Counted from the first letter of the stretch, positions 27,656-36,655 are shown. The stretch is DNA of 64,000 nucleotides from Patescibacteria group bacterium (GCA_038064975.1 JBBTRX010000002.1:64880-128879), one strand, 5' to 3'. Translations and numbers: made by a program. Notes: generated from the letters alone by a model not told the origin.

Positions 27656-27690
27656 AAGAAATGCAAATAAAAAAGGACCCCACAGAGATG
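27656..27690 (-). terminator. terminator-like hairpin plus T-tract between the candidate ncRNA and the RT start
   Basis: On the minus strand: GCCCCACAtctcTGTGGGGtcc followed by TTTTTTATTTGCATT. The T-tract is identical to the one after the RT gene. Confidence 0.5.
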
Positions 27691-27704
27691 TGGGGCGATC
27701 AGCG

Positions 27705-27960
27705 GTATCCGAAGGTGAGTTTTGCGACAGAAAAGTGAAATGTGCTGATCTAGTGGCCGGTCGTCCGCACTCCGCCCGCGCGCGCGGCCCGGAAAGGCTG
27801 GTTGTAAGGAAAACCCGTTGCCGGATTCTCATTCCGCTACGTGAGTAGCGAAGGGAACAGGAAAAGAAGTAGAGAGATTAACGAACTCTCCATCCGAGAG
27901 CTTTTGGTCAAGTGCTCCAGACTCGCTTTTCCATCTCCTCACCTTCGGATCGTTCCTGAC
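27705..27960 (-). ncRNA. candidate retron-like structured ncRNA (msr/msd-like) upstream of the RT
   Basis: A 13-bp terminal inverted repeat ATCCGAAGGTGAG/CTCACCTTCGGAT brackets about 215 nt. AGCGAG follows the 5' repeat. The region has GC-rich hairpins (CCGCGCGCGCGG, CGCTACtcacGTAGCG, CTCTCggatgGAGAG) and is driven by its own promoter. The function is unproven. Confidence 0.35.
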
Positions 27961-27998
27961 CTGTGTCAGGAACACTAGGCCGCTAACCCAGTGTGGAT

Positions 27999-28028
27999 AC
28001 TATATCATTTCAATATTTTATGAGTCAA
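27999..28028 (-). promoter_or_regulatory. sigma70-like promoter (TTGACT-18-TATAGT) driving the ncRNA/RT unit
   Basis: On the minus strand: TTGACT cataaaatattgaaatga TATAGT. It lies about 40 nt upstream of the 5' inverted repeat. Confidence 0.45.
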
Positions 28029-28039
28029 TTAGATATATA

Positions 28040-28075
28040 AAAAAGACCCGACGTTCAAAAACGTCGGGATAGTGG
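28040..28075 (-). terminator. rho-independent terminator (minus strand)
   Basis: Hairpin CCCGACGTTtttgAACGTCGGG followed on the minus strand by TCTTTTTTATATA. Confidence 0.5.
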
Positions 28076-28281
28076 CGTACCCGTCATGGTGGGAGAAATC
28101 ACGGAGCTCTACGACGGGAGCGAGCGATGAATTGGCGTCATCGCTGGTTGCAACACCTGCGACCTTGTCGCCTTGCGCTCTCCTCCTCCATACCATGACG
28201 AGTACGTGTGGAGTGTAATCAAATCATCGTCATTCCGCAAGTTATGCGAACTGGTCGATTCCTCTCTCGTAAAACACAAAA

Positions 28282-28319
28282 AAGAAAAACCGCCCATAGA
28301 GGACGGCCTTTTCTTTTTG
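28282..28319 (-). terminator. terminator immediately after tRNA-Arg(GCG)
   Basis: On the minus strand: hairpin CCGTCCtctatGGGCGG followed by TTTTTCTTTTTT. Confidence 0.5.
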
Positions 28320-28391
28320 TGCGCTCGAGAGGAATCGAACCTCTATTACGGGATCCGCAATCCCGTGTCCTATCCGTTGAACGACGAGCGC
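28320..28391 (-). tRNA. tRNA-Arg (anticodon GCG)
   Basis: Perfect acceptor GCGCTCG/CGAGCGC with A73, anticodon stem CGGGA/TCCCG, loop TTGCGGA and T-loop TTCGATT. The GCG anticodon is unusual for bacterial tRNA-Arg, so the call is uncertain. It could be a variant or a pseudogene. Confidence 0.65.
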
Positions 28392-28404
28392 ATACAATGC
28401 TTTT

Positions 28405-28881
28405 TTAAAATCTAAGAATTCTCGCGATGTGGCGGATAAACGAATCTTCGTATTCTATTTCCGGCAAGACGTCTGTAAGGAATGTATGTACAGCTTCTTT
28501 GCGTTGTTCGGCAAGAATGACGATAAGCCACGGCTCAATATGACTCTTGGTTTTGAAGATAAGTTCCGCAAGTTCCGGATCTTCCGGTGCGGGAATAATA
28601 GCAAATCCTTCCAAATTATCATAGGGGTGGAAGTGATGTTCGCCGATAGCGATTCCTTTCTCCGAAAGAGTGAAGTCAATGTCCTTCGGCCTCCGCATAC
28701 CCCAAGCAAGCACGAGTAAGGCGGCAATGGCTATAAAAACCGCGAAAAGAAAATTACGTTGAAATACGGCAACACTCGCAAGAACGATACTAGAACCAAT
28801 GACGATCCAGTACCATCCAAAATTCTTATGATAGTAATGAAATTCCGGAGCAGTCCACTGAATTTCTTTTTTCGTTTCCAT
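28405..28881 (-). CDS. two-TM membrane protein with C-terminal bPH-like domain
   Basis: Two N-terminal TM helices followed by a roughly 90-aa soluble domain. Confidence 0.45.
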   Translation of the reverse strand: METKKEIQWTAPEFHYYHKNFGWYWIVIGSSIVLASVAVFQRNFLFAVFIAIAALLVLAWGMRRPKDIDFTLSEKGIAIGEHHFHPYDNLEGFAIIPAPEDPELAELIFKTKSHIEPWLIVILAEQRKEAVHTFLTDVLPEIEYEDSFIRHIARILRF

Positions 28882-28886
28882 ATTTG

Positions 28887-29708
28887 TTAATCTCTAAATA
28901 ATAAACTCACAAAGAAAAATACTGCCGCGACTGCGATAATAGAAGGCCCGATCTCAAACGCAAAGCGGTTCGCAATGAGCCAACCGACTAATACTGAAAG
29001 AGAAGAGATAAGTGCAGAGGCAAATAAATCTCCTTTAAAACTTTTTGCCACATTTTTTGCCGTTGCGGCCGGAACGATAATAAGAGAGCCCATGAGGAGA
29101 ACACCTAAGAAGTTAAGCCCGAGGAGTACAGTGATCACAAAAAACATGAGGAATAAAAATTCCAAAAACTCTCGCCTGATTCCCGTAACAGCCGCGAGAT
29201 CAGCGGAGAGAAAAGAAATCGCAAACCGTTCTTTAAGCGAAAGAATGAGCCCGATAATGACGAGCCCCGTAACCATTCCCACGATCGCCTCTCCCCAAGT
29301 GAAGAGCGTCTCTCCACCAAAGAGAAGTTCAAGGAGTTCATGGTCAGGAGAAAGGAGCGCTCCCACAGCAAGCGAGGTAGAAAACACAACACCCACGATT
29401 GTTTCCGTCGCTATCTTCGTTTTAAGTTCAAGCCGCCACACTAAAACCGCGCCAAGGAAAAGTGCGATCGCTCCCCCAATGAGCGGATTAATACCGATCA
29501 GCATCGCCGCTCCCAACCCCGGGAGCGCAACGTGAGACATCGCGTCTGCCGCGAGTGTCATCCTGCGCATAAGTGCGAAAGCACCGACAAGTCCCGAAGC
29601 TGCTGCTACCACGAGCATCGCAACGAGCGAAAAAAATTCCAAAGTATTCATATCCTTATTTTTTAGCGTGAATATGTTCAAAAGGAAGCGAGCCGTACAA
29701 CTTATCAA
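28887..29708 (-). CDS. ABC-3 family metal (Zn/Mn) transporter permease
   Basis: Eight-TM ZnuB/MntB-like permease that overlaps the upstream ATPase gene. Confidence 0.75.
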   Translation of the reverse strand: MISCTARFLLNIFTLKNKDMNTLEFFSLVAMLVVAAASGLVGAFALMRRMTLAADAMSHVALPGLGAAMLIGINPLIGGAIALFLGAVLVWRLELKTKIATETIVGVVFSTSLAVGALLSPDHELLELLFGGETLFTWGEAIVGMVTGLVIIGLILSLKERFAISFLSADLAAVTGIRREFLEFLFLMFFVITVLLGLNFLGVLLMGSLIIVPAATAKNVAKSFKGDLFASALISSLSVLVGWLIANRFAFEIGPSIIAVAAVFFFVSLLFRD

Positions 29709-30381
29709 CCACTTCGGGCGTAAGCGTTTCTTTTGGTGGCCCAGCGCAGAAGAGCGAACTACTTACGCAAATAACCGTGTCCGCATAGCGTGTCACTAAA
29801 TTTAAATCGTGTGAAATAAAGAGTATCGTCATGTCACGCTCATTTTGCAATTTATGAAGCGTCTGATAAATATGCTCTTCGCCGGGAGCATCCAAATTTG
29901 CCGTCGGCTCGTCAAAGAGAAGTACATTTGGGTTACCGATCAAGGCAAACGCAATAAGTCCGCGCTGAAGTTCTCCTGCCGAGAGTGAAGAGAGTGGGAG
30001 CTTAAGCTTACCCTCATCAATGTGGAGCATTTGTGCTACATCATTAACAGCAGTATCGGGGAGATTTAACACACGGGATTTTAATTGGAGAAAATCCTGA
30101 AGCGTAAGCGCAAGATGCCGATCCAAATCAACATGCTGGGGAACGTATCCTATTCGAGCATCTTTCGCCCACACGACAGTGCCGCCATGGGGAATGCTCC
30201 CGATGAGCGCACGAAACAGAGTGGTCTTACCCGCTCCGTTTGGACCAATAATCGCGGCGAAGTCCCCCCGTTTCACGGAAAAACTAATATCATGAAGAAT
30301 TACGCGATCCCGAATCGTCACTTCCATCTTAGAAACCGTAAAAAAATTGTCTGGAGAGCTTGTAGTAGATAATTTTGACAT
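29656..30381 (-). CDS. ABC transporter ATP-binding protein (ZnuC/MntA-like)
   Basis: Walker A GPNGAGKTT, signature LSAGELQR and Walker B LLFDEP. Confidence 0.8.
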   Translation of the reverse strand: MSKLSTTSSPDNFFTVSKMEVTIRDRVILHDISFSVKRGDFAAIIGPNGAGKTTLFRALIGSIPHGGTVVWAKDARIGYVPQHVDLDRHLALTLQDFLQLKSRVLNLPDTAVNDVAQMLHIDEGKLKLPLSSLSAGELQRGLIAFALIGNPNVLLFDEPTANLDAPGEEHIYQTLHKLQNERDMTILFISHDLNLVTRYADTVICVSSSLFCAGPPKETLTPEVVDKLYGSLPFEHIHAKK

Positions 30382-30486
30382 TATGAAGGAAAAATAGTCA
30401 CACTATGGGCTAACTAACCGCTTTACCCTATACTAACATATATAGGGAGTTTACTCGGTAACTAATACCCATTTTATTCGTTTCCT

Positions 30487-31053
30487 ATGATAGACGGAGA
30501 AGAAAAACTCATAGCCGCGGCAAAACAAGGCGATTCTGCCTCTTTTTCGAGGCTTTATCACCACTACCTTCCTTCAATTTATCGGTTTATATATATGAAG
30601 GTGAGTAGTAAGCACGAAGCCGAAGACCTAAGTCACGAGGTTTTCCTCTCGGCATGGCAAAATCTTCCACGCTACGAATCGCGGGGATTCCCCTTTTCCA
30701 GCTGGCTCTATAAGCTCGCGCGGAACAGAGTTATTGATTACTACCGCCTCGCCAAACCGAATGTTGACTTGGAACGTGCCGAGTCATTAGTCGCTGAAGG
30801 CATATCTGTAGAGGCAGTGATTGATAATGCTCTGGAGTTTGAAACGGTGCGCAGTGCGCTCCGCACGCTCTCCGAAGACCAACAGGACGTTCTTATTTTA
30901 AAATTTTTGGAAGATTGTTCCCACAGCGAAATCGCCGTGGCACTGGGAAAAACAGAAGGGTCAGTGCGTGTTATCCAGCATCGCGCCCTCCAGCAATTAA
31001 AGAAACTATTATCTACCCATGACGGAAGAGAAACTCATCCATATATTGCGTAG
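30487..31053 (+). CDS. ECF-type RNA polymerase sigma factor
   Basis: Region 2 (FSRLYHHYLPSIYRFIYM) and a region 4 HTH (CSHSEIAVALGKTEGSVRVIQHRA). Confidence 0.75.
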   Translation: MIDGEEKLIAAAKQGDSASFSRLYHHYLPSIYRFIYMKVSSKHEAEDLSHEVFLSAWQNLPRYESRGFPFSSWLYKLARNRVIDYYRLAKPNVDLERAESLVAEGISVEAVIDNALEFETVRSALRTLSEDQQDVLILKFLEDCSHSEIAVALGKTEGSVRVIQHRALQQLKKLLSTHDGRETHPYIA

Positions 31054-31447
31054 CGCGAGCGGCATAGAGCCGAGCGAGGAAACCCGCCACCGATTGCATC
31101 GGCTTATTCTTTCTACCCCGCAAAGGCCGGCGACATTCGCGCTCGCCACAAAAGCAAAATTAGTGGAGTACATGACTCTCGGCTTCGCTCTCGGACTCGC
31201 TTCCCTCTTATTAGTCACCTTTGTTTCCGGGCCGCCGTTGTGGCAGAAGTTTCTCCCTGCATCCAACAGTTCCCAGGCACTCCGCGCAGAAGTTGAAAAT
31301 ATTGATTTCACGATCCAACTCAAAGAAGCAAAATATTATAACGAATCAGCCCAAGAAGTGGCATCTCTCCTCGGTGAGATTGACCATGAGTCCCCTACGA
31401 GCCGTGATTCCGGGGTTGACGAGATGCTTGAAAAGATCATCTTTTAA
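31019..31447 (+). CDS. putative anti-sigma factor (single TM)
   Basis: It overlaps the sigma gene's 3' end and has one central TM helix, as expected in an ECF sigma/anti-sigma operon. Confidence 0.4.
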   Translation: MTEEKLIHILRSASGIEPSEETRHRLHRLILSTPQRPATFALATKAKLVEYMTLGFALGLASLLLVTFVSGPPLWQKFLPASNSSQALRAEVENIDFTIQLKEAKYYNESAQEVASLLGEIDHESPTSRDSGVDEMLEKIIF

Positions 31448-31464
31448 TGCTATAGTTTGACCCT

Positions 31465-32334
31465 ATGAAACTAAGGTATCTAATAGCCATTTGTATCGCA
31501 TTTTCTGGTCTTTACACAGCGACGGCGTTTGCCCAATCGGACGCCATTAAGTCCGCACGGGAGGAGGTTATTACGAGCATTGAGAAGTTAAACGCTCTGG
31601 ATTCCGTAACCTTAAAGCCTGAAGAACGGGCCGAACTTGAGCTTTCTTTAAAACGGGTAGCTTTAGGCAAGATACTTACCCTTTCTACATTAGAAACAAG
31701 CGAATTGCGTGATAAATTTATCGCAATAGAAGTACCGGAAGGTGATTTTTCCGACCTTCAAATACTTATTGCAGACGAGCTCAAAGCATCCATTGCCGTA
31801 TTTGCCGCACAAGAGAAAAAAACGGTTGCCGCAAAGAGCATTACCGAAATCCAAACCATTGCCACAGAAATCAAGACATGGCGGGAAACGAAATACAATC
31901 CTGAAATCAGAAAAACAATTGATTTCATGCTTGTGTTCCAAAATGGAGCGGTACTCAAAACAGCAGAAGATCGCTTGCTCAAAATAGAAGTAAACCTTGA
32001 AAAGACGAACGCAACGAAATCAAAATTTGCCGAGTCGTTATTAGAAGAAGCACGAGAGAAAATCCTTGAAGCAAAAGATCTCCACGATAATGCGTTACAA
32101 CTATTACTCGCGCATCTCCCCAAGAAAGCTGTAACAGCGACCACGATTGAGATTGAAATACCAGTAATCGAAGAGGATGTGTCCACTACGACAGAAGACG
32201 GAACAGTGGTTGAACTCCCTGAACCAGAGATAGAAAAACCGATTCTTACTATCCGAGAACTCGTTGAGTCCTCAATTCGTAACATCAAAGACGCATACAA
32301 AAACTTTATCGCCCTTAGTGAATTCCTAAAGTAA
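31465..32334 (+). CDS. secreted coiled-coil protein
   Basis: Signal peptide followed by extended helical/coiled-coil sequence. Third gene of the sigma operon. Confidence 0.4.
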   Translation: MKLRYLIAICIAFSGLYTATAFAQSDAIKSAREEVITSIEKLNALDSVTLKPEERAELELSLKRVALGKILTLSTLETSELRDKFIAIEVPEGDFSDLQILIADELKASIAVFAAQEKKTVAAKSITEIQTIATEIKTWRETKYNPEIRKTIDFMLVFQNGAVLKTAEDRLLKIEVNLEKTNATKSKFAESLLEEAREKILEAKDLHDNALQLLLAHLPKKAVTATTIEIEIPVIEEDVSTTTEDGTVVELPEPEIEKPILTIRELVESSIRNIKDAYKNFIALSEFLK

Positions 32335-32339
32335 GTAAG

Positions 32340-32378
32340 TAAACAAAAAGCCCGGTGTTGCCGGGCTTTTTGTTTTGC
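32340..32378. terminator. bidirectional rho-independent terminator
   Basis: AAACAAAAAGCCCGGtgttgCCGGGCTTTTTGTTTT sits between convergent genes. Confidence 0.6.
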
Positions 32379-32412
32379 ATGCAATATCAGAATGCAATAT
32401 CAGAGAAGTTCG

Positions 32413-32688
32413 TTACTTTACTGCCTCTTTCAAGAGCTTTCCAGCGCGGAACTTCGGTTTGACGGAAGCTCCGATTTGGATCTTTTCACCAGTCATAGGA
32501 TTCCGACCTTCTCGTGCAGCGCGACGCATTACACGGAACGTGCCAAACCCTGTCATTGCGACTTCTTCGCCGCGTGCCAAAGTCTTCATGATAGTGTCAA
32601 AAACCGCTTCAACTGCCTGTTGTGCCTGCTTTTTTGTCTCAATTCCTGCAGCCTGCATGACTGCTTCTACTAATCCATCTTTTTTCAT
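32413..32688 (-). CDS. hup: DNA-binding protein HU
   Basis: The 91-aa HU/IHF fold, with the conserved arm MTGFGTF...GRNPMTGEKI. Confidence 0.85.
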   Translation of the reverse strand: MKKDGLVEAVMQAAGIETKKQAQQAVEAVFDTIMKTLARGEEVAMTGFGTFRVMRRAAREGRNPMTGEKIQIGASVKPKFRAGKLLKEAVK

Positions 32689-32812
32689 AGCTGTAAAATT
32701 TCGTTATCTCCTCGACCTTTCTCCAAAATGCCTTGTATTTATTATATCAAATCACTCTCCAAGAGCAAGCCGAGGGGCTTACAGCTCCCTCATGGGTGCC
32801 CGCCCTACTTCC

Positions 32813-34342
32813 CTATTTTGCGTATTCTACCGAGCGAAGTTCCCGAATAACGTTTACTTTGATTTCTCCGGGATATTTCATTTCTGACTGGATTTTCGCC
32901 GCTATATTCTTAGCCATTTGAAGGGCCGCGAAGTCATCTACCTTCTCTGGTACAACAAATACGCGGATTTCCCGACCTGCGGAAAGCGCGTACGAATTTT
33001 TAACACCGTCAAAGGTGTTTACAATGCGTTCCAGGTCTTCTAAGCGCTTTAGATAGTTCTCTACCGTATCGCGTCGTGCGCCTGGGCGTGCCGCAGACAA
33101 GGCATCCGCCGCAGTAACAATGAAGGACTCGGGTGTCGCGAACGGATACTCCTCGTGGTGCGATTCCATCGCGTGAATGACCGCTTGGTCAACGCCGTAT
33201 TTTTTGAGTATCTTCCTTCCTAAATCAACATGCGTTCCTTCAACCTCGTGACTGATCGCTTTGCCGATATCGTGAAGAAGCGCGCCTTTCTTAGCCACTT
33301 CAACGTTAGCGCCAAGCTCGCCTGCAATAATTGCGGAAATATATGCCATTTCTACAGAGTGGATCAGTACGTTTTGCCCGTAACTTGTCCGGAAATGGAG
33401 CCGTCCTAAAAGTTGTGTAATCTCTTTCGGAAGATCGTAAATACCAAGCTCATGAGCAGACTCTTCTCCAATTTGGCTCATCCGTTTAGTAAGCTCGGAC
33501 TCCGCTTCTTTTACTTTCTCTTCTATTTTTGCGGGATGGATTCTACCGTCTTTAATGAGTTTTTCCAAAGCCGCTTTAGCGATCTCTCTCCGCAGAGGAT
33601 CAAACGATGAAAGGATGATCGCCTCCGGAGTCTCATCTACGATTACTTCTACGCCAGTTAAACGCTCTAAGGTGCGGATGTTCCTCCCCTCACGGCCAAT
33701 AATCTTGCCTTTCAAATCTTCGTTAGGAAGCGTAAGTACTGAAGTCGTAATATCCGCAACATGAGAGCGAGCATACCGATGAAGCGCAGTCGTGATGACA
33801 TCAACAGCGCGCTTTTCAAGCTCAACCTCACGATCCTTTGCGAGCCGCTGAATCGTGCGAATAAGATCATCCCGATGCGTTTCTTCAGTTTTTTGGAAGA
33901 GTTCCTTCTTTGCCTCTTCTGCGCTAAGTCCTGCTACGCGTGCCAGTTCGTGCACTGTTTTTTCCCGCGTTGCCACAGCTTCATCACGAATCCCAGCAAT
34001 CTTATCTAATTCCGCCTTTAGCGCCTCGTCCCTCTGCCGCGCTTCTTTCCCTTGGCGTTCAATATCCTCTTCTTTCCTAATAAGCCGCTCTTCAGCGCGC
34101 TGGATCTGCTGTAATCTGTTCTTTTCCTGCTCTTTTGCTTCTTCTAAGATAGCGACTGCCTTGTCTTTCGCATCAACAAGGATTGATTTCGCTTCTGTCT
34201 TCGCCTCTTCAGTTTGAAGTTTGACCCGCTCCTCAAGAGAGCTTGCCTTCTGACCTGCGATAAATCTGCGTCCGACATAGCCCACGCCAATTCCCAGCGC
34301 GAGCGTGATGCCCGCGATCAATAATTCTGTCATAGTAGTCAA
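32813..34342 (-). CDS. rny: ribonuclease Y
   Basis: N-terminal TM helix, coiled coil, KH domain and HD domain (HSVEMAYISAII..LLHDIGKA). Confidence 0.85.
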   Translation of the reverse strand: MTTMTELLIAGITLALGIGVGYVGRRFIAGQKASSLEERVKLQTEEAKTEAKSILVDAKDKAVAILEEAKEQEKNRLQQIQRAEERLIRKEEDIERQGKEARQRDEALKAELDKIAGIRDEAVATREKTVHELARVAGLSAEEAKKELFQKTEETHRDDLIRTIQRLAKDREVELEKRAVDVITTALHRYARSHVADITTSVLTLPNEDLKGKIIGREGRNIRTLERLTGVEVIVDETPEAIILSSFDPLRREIAKAALEKLIKDGRIHPAKIEEKVKEAESELTKRMSQIGEESAHELGIYDLPKEITQLLGRLHFRTSYGQNVLIHSVEMAYISAIIAGELGANVEVAKKGALLHDIGKAISHEVEGTHVDLGRKILKKYGVDQAVIHAMESHHEEYPFATPESFIVTAADALSAARPGARRDTVENYLKRLEDLERIVNTFDGVKNSYALSAGREIRVFVVPEKVDDFAALQMAKNIAAKIQSEMKYPGEIKVNVIRELRSVEYAK

Positions 34343-34483
34343 TTCCCAAATTCTTCCAAAAAGAGAGTTCTTCAGGAATTGCGTTGGTTAGTAATTGCAT
34401 TACGATCATATTAATACACTTGTATTGTAGCTCCTCCCTGAAAACCATGTCAAAAGAGACATGCTTCCTCTATAATAAACACC

Positions 34484-36040
34484 ATGAGGCGCAAATTAGT
34501 TCTTGTTATTCTTGACGGATGGGGAATCGGAAACAATGACGGGTCCAATCCCCTCTATGTCTCCCAACCGCCCAATATTATGGCGATAAAAAGGAGCTAT
34601 CTTGCGGGAGCACTCCAATCTTCGGGCATTGCCGTAGGGCTTCCCTGGGAAGAAGAAGGTAACAGCGAAGTCGGACACCTTACGATCGGTGCAGGCAAAG
34701 TCATTTACCAACACTTTCCCCGCATCACAATGAATATCCAGAGCGGAGACTTTTTCAAAAACAAGGCATTTGTGGGAGCATGTGGCCATGTAAAACAGTA
34801 TGGAAGCGCGCTCCATATTGCAGGATCACTTACCCAAGGGAATGTGCACGCTTCTTTAGAGCACGTACGTGCGCTTATCCGCCTTGCGAAAGAGCAAGGT
34901 GTAAGTAAGGTATATTTTCATTTCTTTACCGACGGCAAAGACAGCCCGCCGAAATCCGCACCCGCACTCTTAGGCGAAGTACGAACATATGCCAAAGAAC
35001 AAGGAGTGGGAGAGGTTGCGAGTATTGCCGGAAGATTTTATGCCTTAGACCGAGACGAACACTGGGATAGGACAGAGAAGGCATATCGCGTAATGACGGG
35101 CGAAGGACTAAAGAGCGTAAGTGCCGAGGCACGCATTCAAGAAGCGTACGCCAAAGGATTAGGAGACGAATTTATAGATCCAGCATCGGTTCAAGACCCA
35201 CCGCACACAATTGCAGAAAATGATGCACTTATTTTCTTTGATTTCCGCGAAGATAGTATTCGGCAAATTGCGAGCGCGTTCGGCGTTCAGAATTTTTCAA
35301 AATTTCCCGTGCGCCCGATACCGAATCTGTATCTCGCGACCATGACGCAGTACACCGAAAAGATACAGGCGCATATTGCCTTTCCCGTGGAGTCGGTAGA
35401 AAATCCGTTAGGCAAAGTACTCTCGGACAATGGACTTATCCAACTCCGCATCGCAGAGACGGAAAAATACGCTCACGTTACTTTTTTCTTCAACGCATAC
35501 CGTGAACAGCCGTTTCCGAATGAATATCGCGTCCTCATCCCCTCTCGGAATGTTTCCCGCGCGGATCTCCACCCAGACATGATGGCGAACGAAATCGGAA
35601 CGAGAATTCTTGAGTCCATCGAAGAGGGTGGGTTTGATGTTATCATCGCGAATTTCGCGAACCCTGATGCAACGGCACATACGGGAAATTTTGAAGCAGC
35701 GCTCTCCGCGATCAAAACCGTTGACGAAGAGATTGGACGCATCGCGAAAGCATGTAAAGAACAGAATGCAATTCTCATGGTTACCTCCGATCATGGAAAC
35801 GTTGAACGCATGACAAACCCGCTTACTGGTGCAATAGAAACGAAACATGACGCAAATATTGTGCCTATATATATTGTAGGCAACGGATTTGAGCGGCATA
35901 AGAGCGACATGGAAGCCGCGATGATAGAGAGCGAGGCGGTTGGCATTCTTTCCGATGTTGCACCGACCATATTGGAACTCCTGGAAATCCCTAAGCCCGC
36001 CGAGATGACTGGCGAAAGTCTGCTAAAAGTGCTTCGATAG
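34484..36040 (+). CDS. gpmI: 2,3-bisphosphoglycerate-independent phosphoglycerate mutase
   Basis: LVILDGWGIG N-terminus and the metal-binding motifs of iPGM. Confidence 0.85.
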   Translation: MRRKLVLVILDGWGIGNNDGSNPLYVSQPPNIMAIKRSYLAGALQSSGIAVGLPWEEEGNSEVGHLTIGAGKVIYQHFPRITMNIQSGDFFKNKAFVGACGHVKQYGSALHIAGSLTQGNVHASLEHVRALIRLAKEQGVSKVYFHFFTDGKDSPPKSAPALLGEVRTYAKEQGVGEVASIAGRFYALDRDEHWDRTEKAYRVMTGEGLKSVSAEARIQEAYAKGLGDEFIDPASVQDPPHTIAENDALIFFDFREDSIRQIASAFGVQNFSKFPVRPIPNLYLATMTQYTEKIQAHIAFPVESVENPLGKVLSDNGLIQLRIAETEKYAHVTFFFNAYREQPFPNEYRVLIPSRNVSRADLHPDMMANEIGTRILESIEEGGFDVIIANFANPDATAHTGNFEAALSAIKTVDEEIGRIAKACKEQNAILMVTSDHGNVERMTNPLTGAIETKHDANIVPIYIVGNGFERHKSDMEAAMIESEAVGILSDVAPTILELLEIPKPAEMTGESLLKVLR

Positions 36041-36044
36041 AGAT

Positions 36045-36395
36045 ATGAGACGCATCATCTTTTCATTCTTGGGAAATATTCTTGGACTCACTATCGCAAC
36101 CATGATTGTTACAGGTTTTATGGTGGAGCAAGGAATAGCTAATTTCTTGATCGTAGGAGGGCTTTTAACGCTTCTTAATGCCTTTATACGGCCCATTATC
36201 AAGCTTTTTGTGCTCCCGCTCATCATTCTTACGTTGGGGCTTTTCTCCCTTATTGTGAACGCAGGAATGCTCGCATTTCTTGACTTTCTATCAAAAGAGC
36301 TTACAATAAGTGGACTCATTCCACTCGCCTTTGCAACGCTCATTCTAACGCTCGCGAACCTTATCGCGCACGCCCTAGGAAAACAAAACTCATAA
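36045..36395 (+). CDS. four-TM membrane protein (YvlD/holin-4-like family)
   Basis: 116 aa with four TM helices. Confidence 0.45.
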   Translation: MRRIIFSFLGNILGLTIATMIVTGFMVEQGIANFLIVGGLLTLLNAFIRPIIKLFVLPLIILTLGLFSLIVNAGMLAFLDFLSKELTISGLIPLAFATLILTLANLIAHALGKQNS

Positions 36396-36398
36396 CCT

Positions 36399-36623
36399 AT
36401 GAATTCTATTATCACCATTGCTCAAGTTGTTGTTTCTATTGCACTTATTGTACTTATTCTTCTCCAAGAACGATCTTCTGGTTCCGGAGGGCTTTTTGCC
36501 GGATCAGGTGATGGTGGTTTTTATCACGCACGGCGTGGTTTGGAAAAAATAATGTTCAACACGACAGTTGTACTCGTCGGCCTTTTCGCTTTGCTTTCCA
36601 TTGCAAATCTTTTAATTGTCTAA
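36399..36623 (+). CDS. secG: preprotein translocase subunit SecG
   Basis: 74 aa with two TM helices and a Gly-rich loop (SGSGGLFAGSGDGG). Confidence 0.7.
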   Translation: MNSIITIAQVVVSIALIVLILLQERSSGSGGLFAGSGDGGFYHARRGLEKIMFNTTVVLVGLFALLSIANLLIV

Positions 36624-36655
36624 GACGGGGGCGCGGAGGTACTAGGGTTTAGGGC

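Noticed and set aside
27599-27832. N-terminal 78 codons of the RT ORF as listed in the track
   Set aside because: The region upstream of the internal Met MLVENL contains a terminator hairpin and a T-tract, and has no protein-like sequence. A strong SD sits right before the internal ATG at 27598. The extension is non-coding.
27900-27975. Possible SRP-RNA domain IV motif (GTCAGGAACGATCCGAAGG) in the RT-upstream ncRNA region
   Set aside because: It lacks the conserved GGAAGCAGC pairing partner and the symmetric loop. The resemblance is limited to GAAGG.
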